36,011 nucleotides of DNA. Origin: Candidatus Levyibacteriota bacterium (GTDB lineage Bacteria; Patescibacteriota; Microgenomatia; Levybacterales; UBA12049). The notes under the pieces are model-generated. The model saw only the letters and a list, made by a program, of their open reading frames with translations, was not told the origin of the DNA and did not search any database. Where the stretch lies: the NCBI GenBank assembly GCA_016204535.1, contig JACQKL010000007.1, positions 1 to 36,011 on the forward strand, given 5' to 3'. Of the stretch, positions 1 to 8,428 are shown piece after piece (position 1 is the first letter of the stretch; the number at the start of each line of letters is the position of its first letter). Position numbers and translations under genes: made by a program.

Positions 1-147
1 CACGGGAATTCACTGCGAGCACTTGTTAAATATCTAGAAAATATTTCCGACGAAGATATAGAAAAGCTCGAAATCGCAACAGGAGAAATTTACGTTTATT
101 CCATAAATGAACAAGGCGATGTAGCTTCAAAAGAAATTAAACAATGA
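1..147 (+). CDS. gpmA: 2,3-bisphosphoglycerate-dependent phosphoglycerate mutase, C-terminal part (truncated by window edge)
   Basis: Manual frame-1 translation [28 protein letters not shown]...KQ*; HGNSLRAL is the histidine-phosphatase/dPGM motif. Confidence 0.85.
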   Translation, partial: HGNSLRALVKYLENISDEDIEKLEIATGEIYVYSINEQGDVASKEIKQ

Positions 148-183
148 GGCGACACCTTTGAGGCGACACCTCCCAGGTGCAAT
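145..183. repeat. Tandem TGAGGCGACACCT x2 followed by CACCT-CCC-AGGTG hairpin (REP-like family)
   Basis: 13-bp direct repeat at 145-157 and 159-171; related copies at 17720-17744 and 18928-18978; lies between convergent gpmA and rsmI. Confidence 0.7.
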
Positions 184-193
184 AGCCAGACAC

Positions 194-919
194 CTAAATA
201 TTAGTATTAAGTAAGATTACAAATTCGCCTTTTGGGGTTGTTTTTGAAAAGTGTTTTAGTGATTCTGAAATTTTTTCGCGGTATATTTCTTCATGAACTT
301 TTGTTAATTCTCGAGCTATAACAATATTTATATCTCCAAAAATTTCCATAAGGTTATTTAAAGTTTTAATCAATCTGTATGGAGATTCAAATATAATTAA
401 CGTAAGTTTAATAGTTTGAACTATTGAACTAAGATCAGTAAGTAATTTTTTTCTTTTTCCTTCTTTTTTCGGCAGATATCCGACAAAGAAAAATTTATCA
501 GTTGGAAGGCCTGAAGAAACAAGAGCTGATATTGCAGCGGACGGACCGGGAATCGACTCGACTTTAATTCCTTCTTTTATGCACTCTCTAACCAATTTAA
601 ACCCTGGATCTGAAATCGTAGGCGTACCGGCATCAGATACTAAGGCAACATTTAATCCATTTTTCAAGGCATTAATTATTTCAGGCATTTTCTGGCTTTC
701 GTTTTGTTCGTAATAAGAAATTAATCGAGCTTTCATTGAATTATTGACAGTATTTATAGTATTGATATTTATTGGTAATATTCTTGAGAGAAGAAATCCC
801 GTCTTTCTCGTATCTTCGCAGGCAATTACTTCAACGGTTTGTAAAACATCAATCGCTCTTAGTGTAATATCCTCAAGATTACCTATTGGAGTAGCTACAA
901 TGTATAACTTTCCTGCCAT
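194..919 (-). CDS. rsmI: 16S rRNA (cytidine1402-2'-O)-methyltransferase
   Basis: LYIVATPIGNLEDITLRA, ACEDTR, LVSDAGTPTISDPG, ARELTKVHEE motifs. Confidence 0.95.
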   Translation of the reverse strand: MAGKLYIVATPIGNLEDITLRAIDVLQTVEVIACEDTRKTGFLLSRILPININTINTVNNSMKARLISYYEQNESQKMPEIINALKNGLNVALVSDAGTPTISDPGFKLVRECIKEGIKVESIPGPSAAISALVSSGLPTDKFFFVGYLPKKEGKRKKLLTDLSSIVQTIKLTLIIFESPYRLIKTLNNLMEIFGDINIVIARELTKVHEEIYREKISESLKHFSKTTPKGEFVILLNTNI

Positions 920-924
920 AAATG

Positions 925-1563
925 TTAACTTAAAAACTTAATAATCAAAAAGCCGCCAATTAAAAAAGCCATAAAGATTAATGATGCGATGTCGAAATAT
1001 TTTTCGATGGCATTAGATATTCTTCTTCCAAATATACGAATTGCTCCTGCAACTGCAAAAAATCTAGCTGCTCTTCCAAATAAAGATGCGATTATTAATT
1101 GTTCAAGAGGAATTTGGAAGAATCCTCCACCTATAGTAAAAACTTTGTAGGGTATTGGTGTAAAAGCAGCTGTAAAGACAGCTAAAAAGGCATTTTCTTT
1201 ATATAAAACACCAACTTGATCAAAGGCAGTTTGAAGATGGTAAAAATCAACGATGGGCTGGCCTATTGCCTGAAAGAAGAAAAGTCCTATAAAGTAACCC
1301 GCAATCCCTCCCAAAACCGATCCTAGCGTTGAAATTAAGGCAAAAAACCACCATTTAAAACGATGTGCAACAGTCATCGCCAGAAGTAAAACGTCAGGAG
1401 GAATCGGGAAAAAAGAGCTTTCAGCAAAAGCCAGTAGGAATAATGAATACGAAGCATATTTAGTTTTAGACCAGTGGATGGTCCAATCATAAAGCTTTCG
1501 CATTATTTTGCTTGGAATAAGAATAATCCGAAGGAAAGGAGATAAATTCTGAGATAGACGCAT
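925..1563 (-). CDS. YqaA/DedA (VTT domain) membrane protein; start may be 1503
   Basis: AESSFFPIPPDVLL and FTPIPYKVF motifs, hydrophobic helices. Confidence 0.85.
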   Translation of the reverse strand: MRLSQNLSPFLRIILIPSKIMRKLYDWTIHWSKTKYASYSLFLLAFAESSFFPIPPDVLLLAMTVAHRFKWWFFALISTLGSVLGGIAGYFIGLFFFQAIGQPIVDFYHLQTAFDQVGVLYKENAFLAVFTAAFTPIPYKVFTIGGGFFQIPLEQLIIASLFGRAARFFAVAGAIRIFGRRISNAIEKYFDIASLIFMAFLIGGFLIIKFLS

Positions 1564-1586
1564 GATCTTTTTATCTTATCATAAAA

Positions 1587-2216
1587 TTAAGAGAATTTGC
1601 GGACGATTCCAACTGCTTTTCCTTGAATAGTTAGAGAGTTAGGGTAAATTGGATCCATTTCTGAGTTAGCAGGCTTTAGCACAATCCTTCCGTTTTCGTT
1701 ATAGAATCTTTTAAGAGTCGCCAAATTGTTATCAACTAAAGCGACAACTATATCTCCGCTTGTAGCAGTGTTTGTTTTTTCGATAACAACGAAGTCTCCC
1801 TCAAAGATACCGTCTTCGATCATCGAATTACCCTTCACCTGCAATACATAGGCAGTTCTTTTACCCGTTATCATCGAAGCAGAAACATGAAAAGTTGCAT
1901 TTGGATCGCTATGCGGCTCCAAAGGTTTACCTGCGGCAATATATCCCATCAAAGGAAGTTCTATCGAAGCGCTACTTCCCAACAGAGAAAATGTTACTTT
2001 TTGATCTATAATTTTAAGCACCCTATTGTTTCCATCCACTTTTTGAAGGAATCCCTTTTCAACCAAACCTTTGATAATAGCATGTACTGTGGAATTGCTT
2101 TTATGCCCTGTCGCTTCCGCTATTTCCGCAAGTGTTGGAGAATAGCCAAATTGTCTTTGAAATTGGGCAAGAAACTCTAATAGTTCTCTTTCTTTTTGAT
2201 AAATTACTCCTGGCAT
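1587..2216 (-). CDS. lexA: SOS repressor LexA
   Basis: GYSPTLAEIA wHTH, Ala-Gly cleavage site (IAAGKP), catalytic Ser (GNSMI) and Lys (TLKRF). Confidence 0.95.
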   Translation of the reverse strand: MPGVIYQKERELLEFLAQFQRQFGYSPTLAEIAEATGHKSNSTVHAIIKGLVEKGFLQKVDGNNRVLKIIDQKVTFSLLGSSASIELPLMGYIAAGKPLEPHSDPNATFHVSASMITGKRTAYVLQVKGNSMIEDGIFEGDFVVIEKTNTATSGDIVVALVDNNLATLKRFYNENGRIVLKPANSEMDPIYPNSLTIQGKAVGIVRKFS

Positions 2217-2235
2217 ATATTTTCTTATACCAGTA

Positions 2236-2318
2236 TTTTATACGAATATTTCTGTGCTCTGTCAAGATGACGAAAATATACAAACCAGATCAATATTTAT
2301 TGATGTTTGTGCTAGAAT
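2236..2318. promoter_or_regulatory. Divergent lexA/uvrB promoter region with palindrome
   Basis: Extended -10 TGcTAGAAT at 2310-2318 (uvrB); TTGACA on minus strand at 2260-2265 (lexA); palindrome ACAAAC..ATCAATA-TT-TATTGAT-GTTTGT at 2280-2310. Confidence 0.55.
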
Positions 2319-2327
2319 ATAAGTTCC

Positions 2328-4337
2328 ATGAAGTTTAAATTAGTCTCGAATTTTAAGCCTACTGGTGACCAACCGCAGGCAATCCAAAAATTGACTCAAA
2401 ACCTTGAGAAAAATGTAAGGAATCAAGTGCTTTTGGGCGTAACAGGTAGTGGAAAGACCTTTACCATGGCTAATGTGATCGAAAAAATTCAAAAGCCTAC
2501 TCTTATAATTTCTCATAATAAAACTCTCGCAGCTCAACTTTATCAGGAATTTAGGGATTTTTTCCCCCACAATGCAGTTTCTTACTTTGTTTCTTATTAT
2601 GATTATTACCAACCCGAAGCTTATATCCCTCAAAGCGATACTTATATAGAAAAAGAGGCGGAAATAAATGATGAGATTGATAAATTAAGACTTTCTGCAA
2701 CAACCAGTCTTCTAACTCGTAAAGACGTAATTGTTGTTGCTTCTGTGTCCTGTATTTACAATTTAGGCTCTCCTGTGGAATATGGAAAATTTGTGCTTGA
2801 AATAAAGCCTGGTGTAAAAACTGATTTAAAGTCAATTATCTTAAGACTTACTGACTTACAATACGATCGAAATGAATACGCGTTTGAAAGAGGTAGTTTT
2901 AGAGTGAGAGGTGATGCTATTGATTTATTTCCGGCATACAAAGACATTGGCATCAGAATCGAGCTTAAAAATGACAAAATAAAGGAAATTTCGGAATTTG
3001 ACTCTCTTACAGGGACCACAATTGAAGTTTTAGAAAGTATTGTGATTTATCCTGCCAAACATTATATGACCGATCCTTTATCATATAGTAACGTCTTTCC
3101 AAGGATTCTGAAAGATTTAAAAATTCAAGTTGCAAAATTAAAACAAGAAAACAAACTCTTGGAGGCACAAAGACTTGAGCAGCGGACAAATTTTGATCTG
3201 GAAATGATCAAAGAAATTGGCTACGTAAATGGAATAGAGAATTATTCAAGATATTTTGACGGAAGAAACCCCGGAGAACCTCCCTATACGCTTTTGGATT
3301 ATTTTAACTATCAATCAAAAGACTTTTTATGCATTATAGATGAATCACATATGACTATTCCCCAGTTAAGAGGCATGTATAATGGGGATCATTCAAGGAA
3401 AGAAACCTTAATTGAATATGGTTTTCGCCTCCCATCGGCTTTGGATAATCGACCGCTTAAATTTCCAGAATTAATGCAACGACTCAATCAAATAATTTAT
3501 GTGAGTGCTACACCTGATGATTATGAACTATCCTTAGCAAAAGACAGCTTAAAATCTAATGACGCTATTATTGAACAATTAATCCGTCCAACAAATCTGG
3601 TTGATCCCAAAATAACTGTAAAACGATCAGAGGGGCAAATTATTGACTTAATTGAGGAAATTAACAAAAGAGTGTCTGTTGGGCAAAGAGTTCTAGTAAC
3701 AACTTTGACAAAAAGAATGGCTGAAGAGCTGTCTTCTTATTTGGAAGAAAGAAATGTTAAAGTTTCCTATCTTCATTCTGACATCCAAACCTTGGAAAGA
3801 CAGGATGTATTAGATCAACTTAGGGAGGGTACATATGATGTAATTGTTGGCATAAATCTTCTTCGCGAGGGACTGGATTTGCCTGAAGTTTCTCTAGTTG
3901 CAATACTAGATGCTGATAAAGAAGGATTTTTACGCAGCAAAACCTCGCTTGTCCAAACTATGGGAAGGGCTGCTCGTCACATTGATTCGCAAGTTATTAT
4001 GTATGCGGATATTTTTACTAAATCAATGAGGAATGCAATTGATGAAGTTGAAAGAAGAAGAAAAATTCAGATTAAATACAATAAGAAACACAATATAACC
4101 CCAAAAGGAATCGAGAAAAAAATCAAAGCAAAATTAGTTGAAGAAGATCTTTCCAAACCAGCAAATGAAGATTTAAAATATTTATTAACTCTTTCCCAAA
4201 AAGAAGTAATCTTACCCGATGAAAAAGAAAATCTAATTAAAAAACTTAGAAAAGAAATGAAGGAAGCAGCGCAAAACTTAAATTTCGAAAAAGCAGCTAT
4301 GATCCGCGACCAAATTAAACTCCTTAGAATCCGCTGA
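2328..4337 (+). CDS. uvrB: Excinuclease ABC subunit B
   Basis: PTGDQPQAI, GVTGSGKT, YYDYYQPEAY, DESH, C-terminal UVR domain. Confidence 0.98.
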   Translation: MKFKLVSNFKPTGDQPQAIQKLTQNLEKNVRNQVLLGVTGSGKTFTMANVIEKIQKPTLIISHNKTLAAQLYQEFRDFFPHNAVSYFVSYYDYYQPEAYIPQSDTYIEKEAEINDEIDKLRLSATTSLLTRKDVIVVASVSCIYNLGSPVEYGKFVLEIKPGVKTDLKSIILRLTDLQYDRNEYAFERGSFRVRGDAIDLFPAYKDIGIRIELKNDKIKEISEFDSLTGTTIEVLESIVIYPAKHYMTDPLSYSNVFPRILKDLKIQVAKLKQENKLLEAQRLEQRTNFDLEMIKEIGYVNGIENYSRYFDGRNPGEPPYTLLDYFNYQSKDFLCIIDESHMTIPQLRGMYNGDHSRKETLIEYGFRLPSALDNRPLKFPELMQRLNQIIYVSATPDDYELSLAKDSLKSNDAIIEQLIRPTNLVDPKITVKRSEGQIIDLIEEINKRVSVGQRVLVTTLTKRMAEELSSYLEERNVKVSYLHSDIQTLERQDVLDQLREGTYDVIVGINLLREGLDLPEVSLVAILDADKEGFLRSKTSLVQTMGRAARHIDSQVIMYADIFTKSMRNAIDEVERRRKIQIKYNKKHNITPKGIEKKIKAKLVEEDLSKPANEDLKYLLTLSQKEVILPDEKENLIKKLRKEMKEAAQNLNFEKAAMIRDQIKLLRIR

Positions 4338-4704
4338 TGTTTTTGGTAAGTTCTATATTCTGAACGTTCTGACCGTTTAATAATATTGATACGGCATCTA
4401 TCCGAAGGCTTTCGGGAAGATTGGGATGAATTAATTTATAAAATTGTGCTGTTTTAATTATTTCTCTTAGTTTCCAATAGGTGATTGATTCAAGCGGAGT
4501 ACCGAAATAGTTTGAAGTTCTCGTCTTTACCTCAATGAAAACTAATATTTCTTTTCCTTTACCTTCAGATGGGTCGATTGCAACAATATCAATTTCTCCA
4601 TATCCTTTTCTGAAATTCCGCTCGATAATTTTAAAACCTAATTTTTTGAGGTATTCACAGGCTTTATCTTCTCCTAATTTTGCAATAGGGTTGACAACTT
4701 TCAC
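4324..4704 (-). CDS. yraN: YraN family (UPF0102) nuclease-fold protein
   Basis: GEDKACEYL, ERNFR, GEIDIVA, LVFIEVKTR, RIDAV. Confidence 0.9.
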   Translation of the reverse strand: MKVVNPIAKLGEDKACEYLKKLGFKIIERNFRKGYGEIDIVAIDPSEGKGKEILVFIEVKTRTSNYFGTPLESITYWKLREIIKTAQFYKLIHPNLPESLRIDAVSILLNGQNVQNIELTKNISGF

Positions 4705-4709
4705 TTAAA

Positions 4710-5000
4710 TTAAGGATTTACTCGAGGTAAACGTTTATAATAAAGTTTTGCACGTCTGACTCTTCCTTTTGAATGCTCCTTAACTACGACTTTTTCGACA
4801 TTTGGAGATTTGATCGGAAAGATTTTCTCAACTCCCACATCTCCGACTATTTTCATGACAGTAAAACTTTTATTTTCGCCTCGTCCTTTTAATGCCAAAA
4901 CAGTCCCTTCAAAAACTTGAATTCTTGATTTATCTCCTTCTTTAACTCTTTCATGAACTCGAATAATATCCCCAGGAACAAAATTAATTTGACTGATCAT
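4710..5000 (-). CDS. rplS: 50S ribosomal protein L19 (start 5000 preferred over 5009, which overlaps the -10 box)
   Basis: PGDIIRVH..EGDKSRIQVFEG, GVEKIFP, VRRAKLYY. Confidence 0.95.
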   Translation of the reverse strand: MISQINFVPGDIIRVHERVKEGDKSRIQVFEGTVLALKGRGENKSFTVMKIVGDVGVEKIFPIKSPNVEKVVVKEHSKGRVRRAKLYYKRLPRVNP

Positions 5001-5052
5001 AAAACTCATTATAGCAAAAAATCCTTGTACTTCTCAACTGCATTGAAGAAGA

Positions 5053-6714
5053 TCAATTCTCTTCGCATGCTTTAATAAATCCTAAGAATATTGGGTGAGG
5101 TTTTAGAGGGCGGCTTTTGTATTCGGGATGGCCTTGGGTACCAAGATAAAAAGGATGGTTTTCTTTTGGCAATTCTATTATTTCTGCCAAATTTTCAACG
5201 ATTGATCTTGCGCTAATAATTAAGCCGTTTTTTTCAAAATCTTTTGAATACTTATCATGAAATTCATATCTATGCCTATGCCGTTCGCTAGTTAATCCCT
5301 TACTTTTGTTTGTAAACCCCCCATATTTATCATAAAGCTCAAAAGCTCTGGTATTTGGTTTTACTTTTGCCTCCCAAGCACCAAGTCGCATGGTTCCTCC
5401 ATATGCCCTTCTTTTCACTATACTTTCTTGTTTTGGCATCAGATGAATTACCGGACGAAAGGTCTTTGGACTATTTTCTGTAGTGTCTGCATCCTTCCAA
5501 CCTAAAATATCTCGAGCGAATGCAATGACAGCAAGTTGCATGCCATAGCAAAGCCCAAGGTACGGTATATTGTTTATTCTCGCATAAGAGGCTGTTGTTA
5601 TCATTCCTTCCGCACCTCTTTCTCCCCATCCAATCGGCACAATAATCCCATTTGGCTTGCCGATAATATTTTCAAGATGTTTCTCCTCAGCCTGCACTTT
5701 TTCAGCGTCTATCCATTTTGTTTTTACCTCAACTCCAATCTTCCAGCTCGCATGATCAATTGCATCCAAGAGTGCTGCGTAAGAATCTCTTAGTTGGTAA
5801 TCTCCGGTTCCAAAATATTTTCCAATAATTGCAATTTCTATTTTTTTATCCTTTTTGCTTTTTATTTTTTCATTTAGTTTTTCCCATTCTAAAAGCTTTG
5901 GTAATTTTATTGGCAATTTAAGTTTTTTGAGAATCTTTTTTTCCAGATTTTGTTTGTGAAGGAGAAGCGGTATTTCGTAAATATAGGGAAGATCTGGATT
6001 AGAAATAATGTCCGAAGGATGCATGTTGCAGAAAAGTGCAAATCTGTCTTTTCTTCGTTGGTCTAAATATTTCTCAGATCTAGCAATTACAAAATCTGGT
6101 TGGATCCCCATAGAATTAAGTGTTCGAACTGAAAGTTGGGCAGGTTTTGTTTTGGGTTCTCCGATATGACGGGGAGTGGGAACATAGGTAACATGAATAT
6201 GAATAACGTCTTCAGGGTTTTTTAAAGTCATTATTCTTGCCGCTTCATAGTAAAATATATTTTGGTATTCCCCTGCCGTGCCTCCCAGCTCAATTAAAAC
6301 AATATCTGCATTTTTTTTACGAGCAAGGTAATTTATTCTTCTTGCTATCTCATCAGTTATGTAGGGAATAGCCTCAACATCTTCACCGTTATATTCAAAT
6401 CTTCTTTCTTTATCGATAACTGTTTTATAAATTCTTCCCATCGTGATGAAATTATCTTTTCCCATATCCTCGTCTAGAAACTTTTCATAGCTACCAATGT
6501 CCATATCTGCTTCCGTCCCATCTTCACATAAAAAGGGGTCCCCGTGTTCAATTGGATTTATTGTACCTGCGTCTAAATTTAAATAATTTTCAAATTTTAT
6601 TATTGTTACTTTGTAGCCGGATGCTTTAAGAAGAAATGCGATAGAGGCCGCTGTAGTACCCTTTCCAATTCCGGATATTACACCTCCTGAAACAAAAATA
6701 TACTTAGTGTGCAC
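5053..6714 (-). CDS. pyrG: CTP synthase
   Basis: KYIFVSGGVISGIGKG, GLCYGMQ nucleophile, ERHRHRYE, QGHPE. Confidence 0.97.
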   Translation of the reverse strand: MHTKYIFVSGGVISGIGKGTTAASIAFLLKASGYKVTIIKFENYLNLDAGTINPIEHGDPFLCEDGTEADMDIGSYEKFLDEDMGKDNFITMGRIYKTVIDKERRFEYNGEDVEAIPYITDEIARRINYLARKKNADIVLIELGGTAGEYQNIFYYEAARIMTLKNPEDVIHIHVTYVPTPRHIGEPKTKPAQLSVRTLNSMGIQPDFVIARSEKYLDQRRKDRFALFCNMHPSDIISNPDLPYIYEIPLLLHKQNLEKKILKKLKLPIKLPKLLEWEKLNEKIKSKKDKKIEIAIIGKYFGTGDYQLRDSYAALLDAIDHASWKIGVEVKTKWIDAEKVQAEEKHLENIIGKPNGIIVPIGWGERGAEGMITTASYARINNIPYLGLCYGMQLAVIAFARDILGWKDADTTENSPKTFRPVIHLMPKQESIVKRRAYGGTMRLGAWEAKVKPNTRAFELYDKYGGFTNKSKGLTSERHRHRYEFHDKYSKDFEKNGLIISARSIVENLAEIIELPKENHPFYLGTQGHPEYKSRPLKPHPIFLGFIKACEEN

Positions 6715-6767
6715 GACTCATATTATCAAGAATTCAGATCTTTCGTCAACAACTAGATTTATCAATG

Positions 6768-6868
6768 GAGCTCCTTTACGAAAAAGTTCGGACCGCTTTC
6801 GTATTATCATTGTAGTCGCTCACTTCGTTCGCTCCTATTATTTATATTGCTCGGCCTTCGGCCTCGCT
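6768..6868 (+). repeat. Left end arm; inverted repeat of 11266-11366
   Basis: 101 bp, 3 mismatches by manual alignment. Confidence 0.95.
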
Positions 6869-6924
6869 TTAGTATTTTTTGCACGGACCGAAAGTGCGCG
6901 ATTTTTTTCGGAACTCTTGGGAAT

Positions 6925-6933
6925 ATTATATCA
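6925..6933 (-). promoter_or_regulatory. Extended -10 promoter pointing outward across the left end
   Basis: TGaTATAAT on minus strand. Confidence 0.45.
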
Positions 6934-6954
6934 GGTTTTTCCTAATTCCGTTTC

Positions 6955-7390
6955 AACCCACCCACCCGTTTATGGTGGCGGCGACCCCGCCTTTGGGCGC
7001 TAGACCCGCCTTGGGGCGGGTTTGCCCACAGTTTTCGTTTTTTAAATTCCGCTACAGTATCTTCCCCACCCGCCGCGGGCGGGTTTTCTTTTAGCGTTAC
7101 TTAGTTTCGTTGCGCCGTCGGCGGGATGTGTCCGCTATTCGCCCCCGCCTTAATTATTTTACCCCTTCCCGTTCATGTTGCCGCAACGAAGTTCGGTTGG
7201 CGAACCCGCCGTCTTCTAATACAAAAATATTCTTCGGCGTGTTCGCTTGGTCGGGCTTCCTATCCGAATGAAATTCTTAAGTCGAGTTTTCCCTGACGGG
7301 CGCCCTCCTTTTAGCAACGACTCCATCGGGAGCGGGGGCGGCGGACCGCCAGAAAGAATCGGCCAGATTGGTGGAAATTGGCCGATTCCC
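6955..7390 (+). other. GC-rich highly structured non-coding region (ncRNA or single-strand origin/promoter candidate)
   Basis: Stems 7002-7023, 7068-7084, 7106-7114/7182-7190, 7200-7211/7235-7246, 7130-7148/7332-7346, 7356-7365/7379-7388; no credible ORF. Confidence 0.6.
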
Positions 7391-7406
7391 GTGCTAGACT
7401 AAATTT

Positions 7407-8099
7407 ATGCCAGACGATCCGATTCAAGACAACCAAGACCAGACGACGAGCCAACCGGAACCGCAACCGGAAGAATCAAAACCAGTTGAAGACCTGTCCT
7501 CCGAAGTCTCGACGAAGGAGGAAAATCCGAAGCCCGAAGATATTCCAACTCCTGAACCGCCGAAAGAAGGGGCTCCAGCCGACCTGTCCTCCGAAACCTC
7601 GGTGAAGGAGGAAAATCCTGCGCCATCCGAACCAGAACCGGAGAAAAGGCCCGATGAACCGAAGCCGGAAGAACCAAAGCAAAGCGAAGAAAAGAAATCC
7701 GAAGATTCCAAGCCTTCCTTGCCCGCCGAAGCTTCAACGAAGGTGGGAGAGCCTGAAATAAAGATTGTCGAGAAAGAAGTCATCAAAGAAATTCCGGTTG
7801 AGGTTATAAAAGAAGTGAAAGTTGTCGACGAAACAGAACTTGGCAAGCAACTCGATGAGAAATTCAAAGCAAAGCTTCTGGAAAATAAAAAGAAAGCCAA
7901 CGAGGCGAGATCTCAGAAGAAGAAAGATCATCTGGATAGAATTGTTGAGCTGGCAAAGAAAAAAGAGATTAATAATCAGGATGTCAGAGATTTATTGCAG
8001 GTTTCACAAAGCACGGCGACAAATTACTTAACAGAATTGACTAAATCTGGTAGACTAAAGTCGGAAAAGAAGGCTAAGGCAAAAGTATATAAAAGTTAA
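7407..8099 (+). CDS. Pro/Glu-rich low-complexity protein with C-terminal winged HTH
   Basis: C-terminal INNQDVRDLLQVSQSTATNYLTELTKSGRL wHTH; extended -10 TGcTAGACT at 7392-7400, 6 nt before ATG. Confidence 0.8.
   Translation: MPDDPIQDNQDQTTSQPEPQPEESKPVEDLSSEVSTKEENPKPEDIPTPEPPKEGAPADLSSETSVKEENPAPSEPEPEKRPDEPKPEEPKQSEEKKSEDSKPSLPAEASTKVGEPEIKIVEKEVIKEIPVEVIKEVKVVDETELGKQLDEKFKAKLLENKKKANEARSQKKKDHLDRIVELAKKKEINNQDVRDLLQVSQSTATNYLTELTKSGRLKSEKKAKAKVYKS
7491..7747 (+). repeat. Three in-frame palindromic REP-like units (7491-7528, 7581-7618, 7718-7747)
   Basis: TCCTCC-GAA-GTC-TC-GAC-GAA-GGAGGA, TCCTCC-GAA-ACC-TC-GGT-GAA-GGAGGA, CCCGCC-GAA-GCT-TC-AAC-GAA-GGTGGG. Confidence 0.8.
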
Positions 8100-8107
8100 A
8101 GTTATGA

Positions 8108-8140
8108 CGTTGTACTATGCTACAACGCTACAATAGTACT
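8108..8140 (+). promoter_or_regulatory. Candidate operator/promoter of TrpR-like gene
   Basis: GTACTAT(8112-8118)/ATAGTAC(8133-8139) and CGTTGTA/TACAACG inverted repeats overlapping -10 TACAAT (8129-8134). Confidence 0.5.
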
Positions 8141-8428
8141 ATGGCAACACTTAATTTAGAGAAAGATAAAAAGTTATTGGTAGCAACCCTACGAAAATTA
8201 AAATCCTCAAAAGATTTATCAGCTTTTCTTGATGATCTTTTAACCGAAGAGGAAATTCTTGATTTAGCTCAAAGAATTAAAATCGCAAAATTAATTCTTG
8301 ATGGAAAAACCTATGATGAGATTGCAGTAAAAGTTGAAACTTCCACATCCACAGTTTCAAAGATTGGTCAGATAATTAAATACGGCAAAGGCGGGTTACA
8401 GAAAGTTTTGGAAAAAATAAAATTATGA
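8141..8428 (+). CDS. TrpR-like YerC/YecD family repressor
   Basis: FLDDLLTEEEILDLAQRIKIAKLILDGKTYDEIA..STSTVSKI..YGKGG. Confidence 0.88.
   Translation: MATLNLEKDKKLLVATLRKLKSSKDLSAFLDDLLTEEEILDLAQRIKIAKLILDGKTYDEIAVKVETSTSTVSKIGQIIKYGKGGLQKVLEKIKL

Noticed and set aside
6707-7094. ORFs 6707-7003 and 6879-7094
   Set aside because: They span the att arm and hairpins, have no recognisable protein features, and one crosses the insertion boundary
7491-7618. Two 38-bp palindromic direct repeats as a CRISPR array
   Set aside because: Only two close copies, in-frame within a CDS, variable centre, no cas genes
7378-8031. Several overlapping alternative-frame and antisense ORFs
   Set aside because: Shadows of the low-complexity GC-richer 7407-8099 gene
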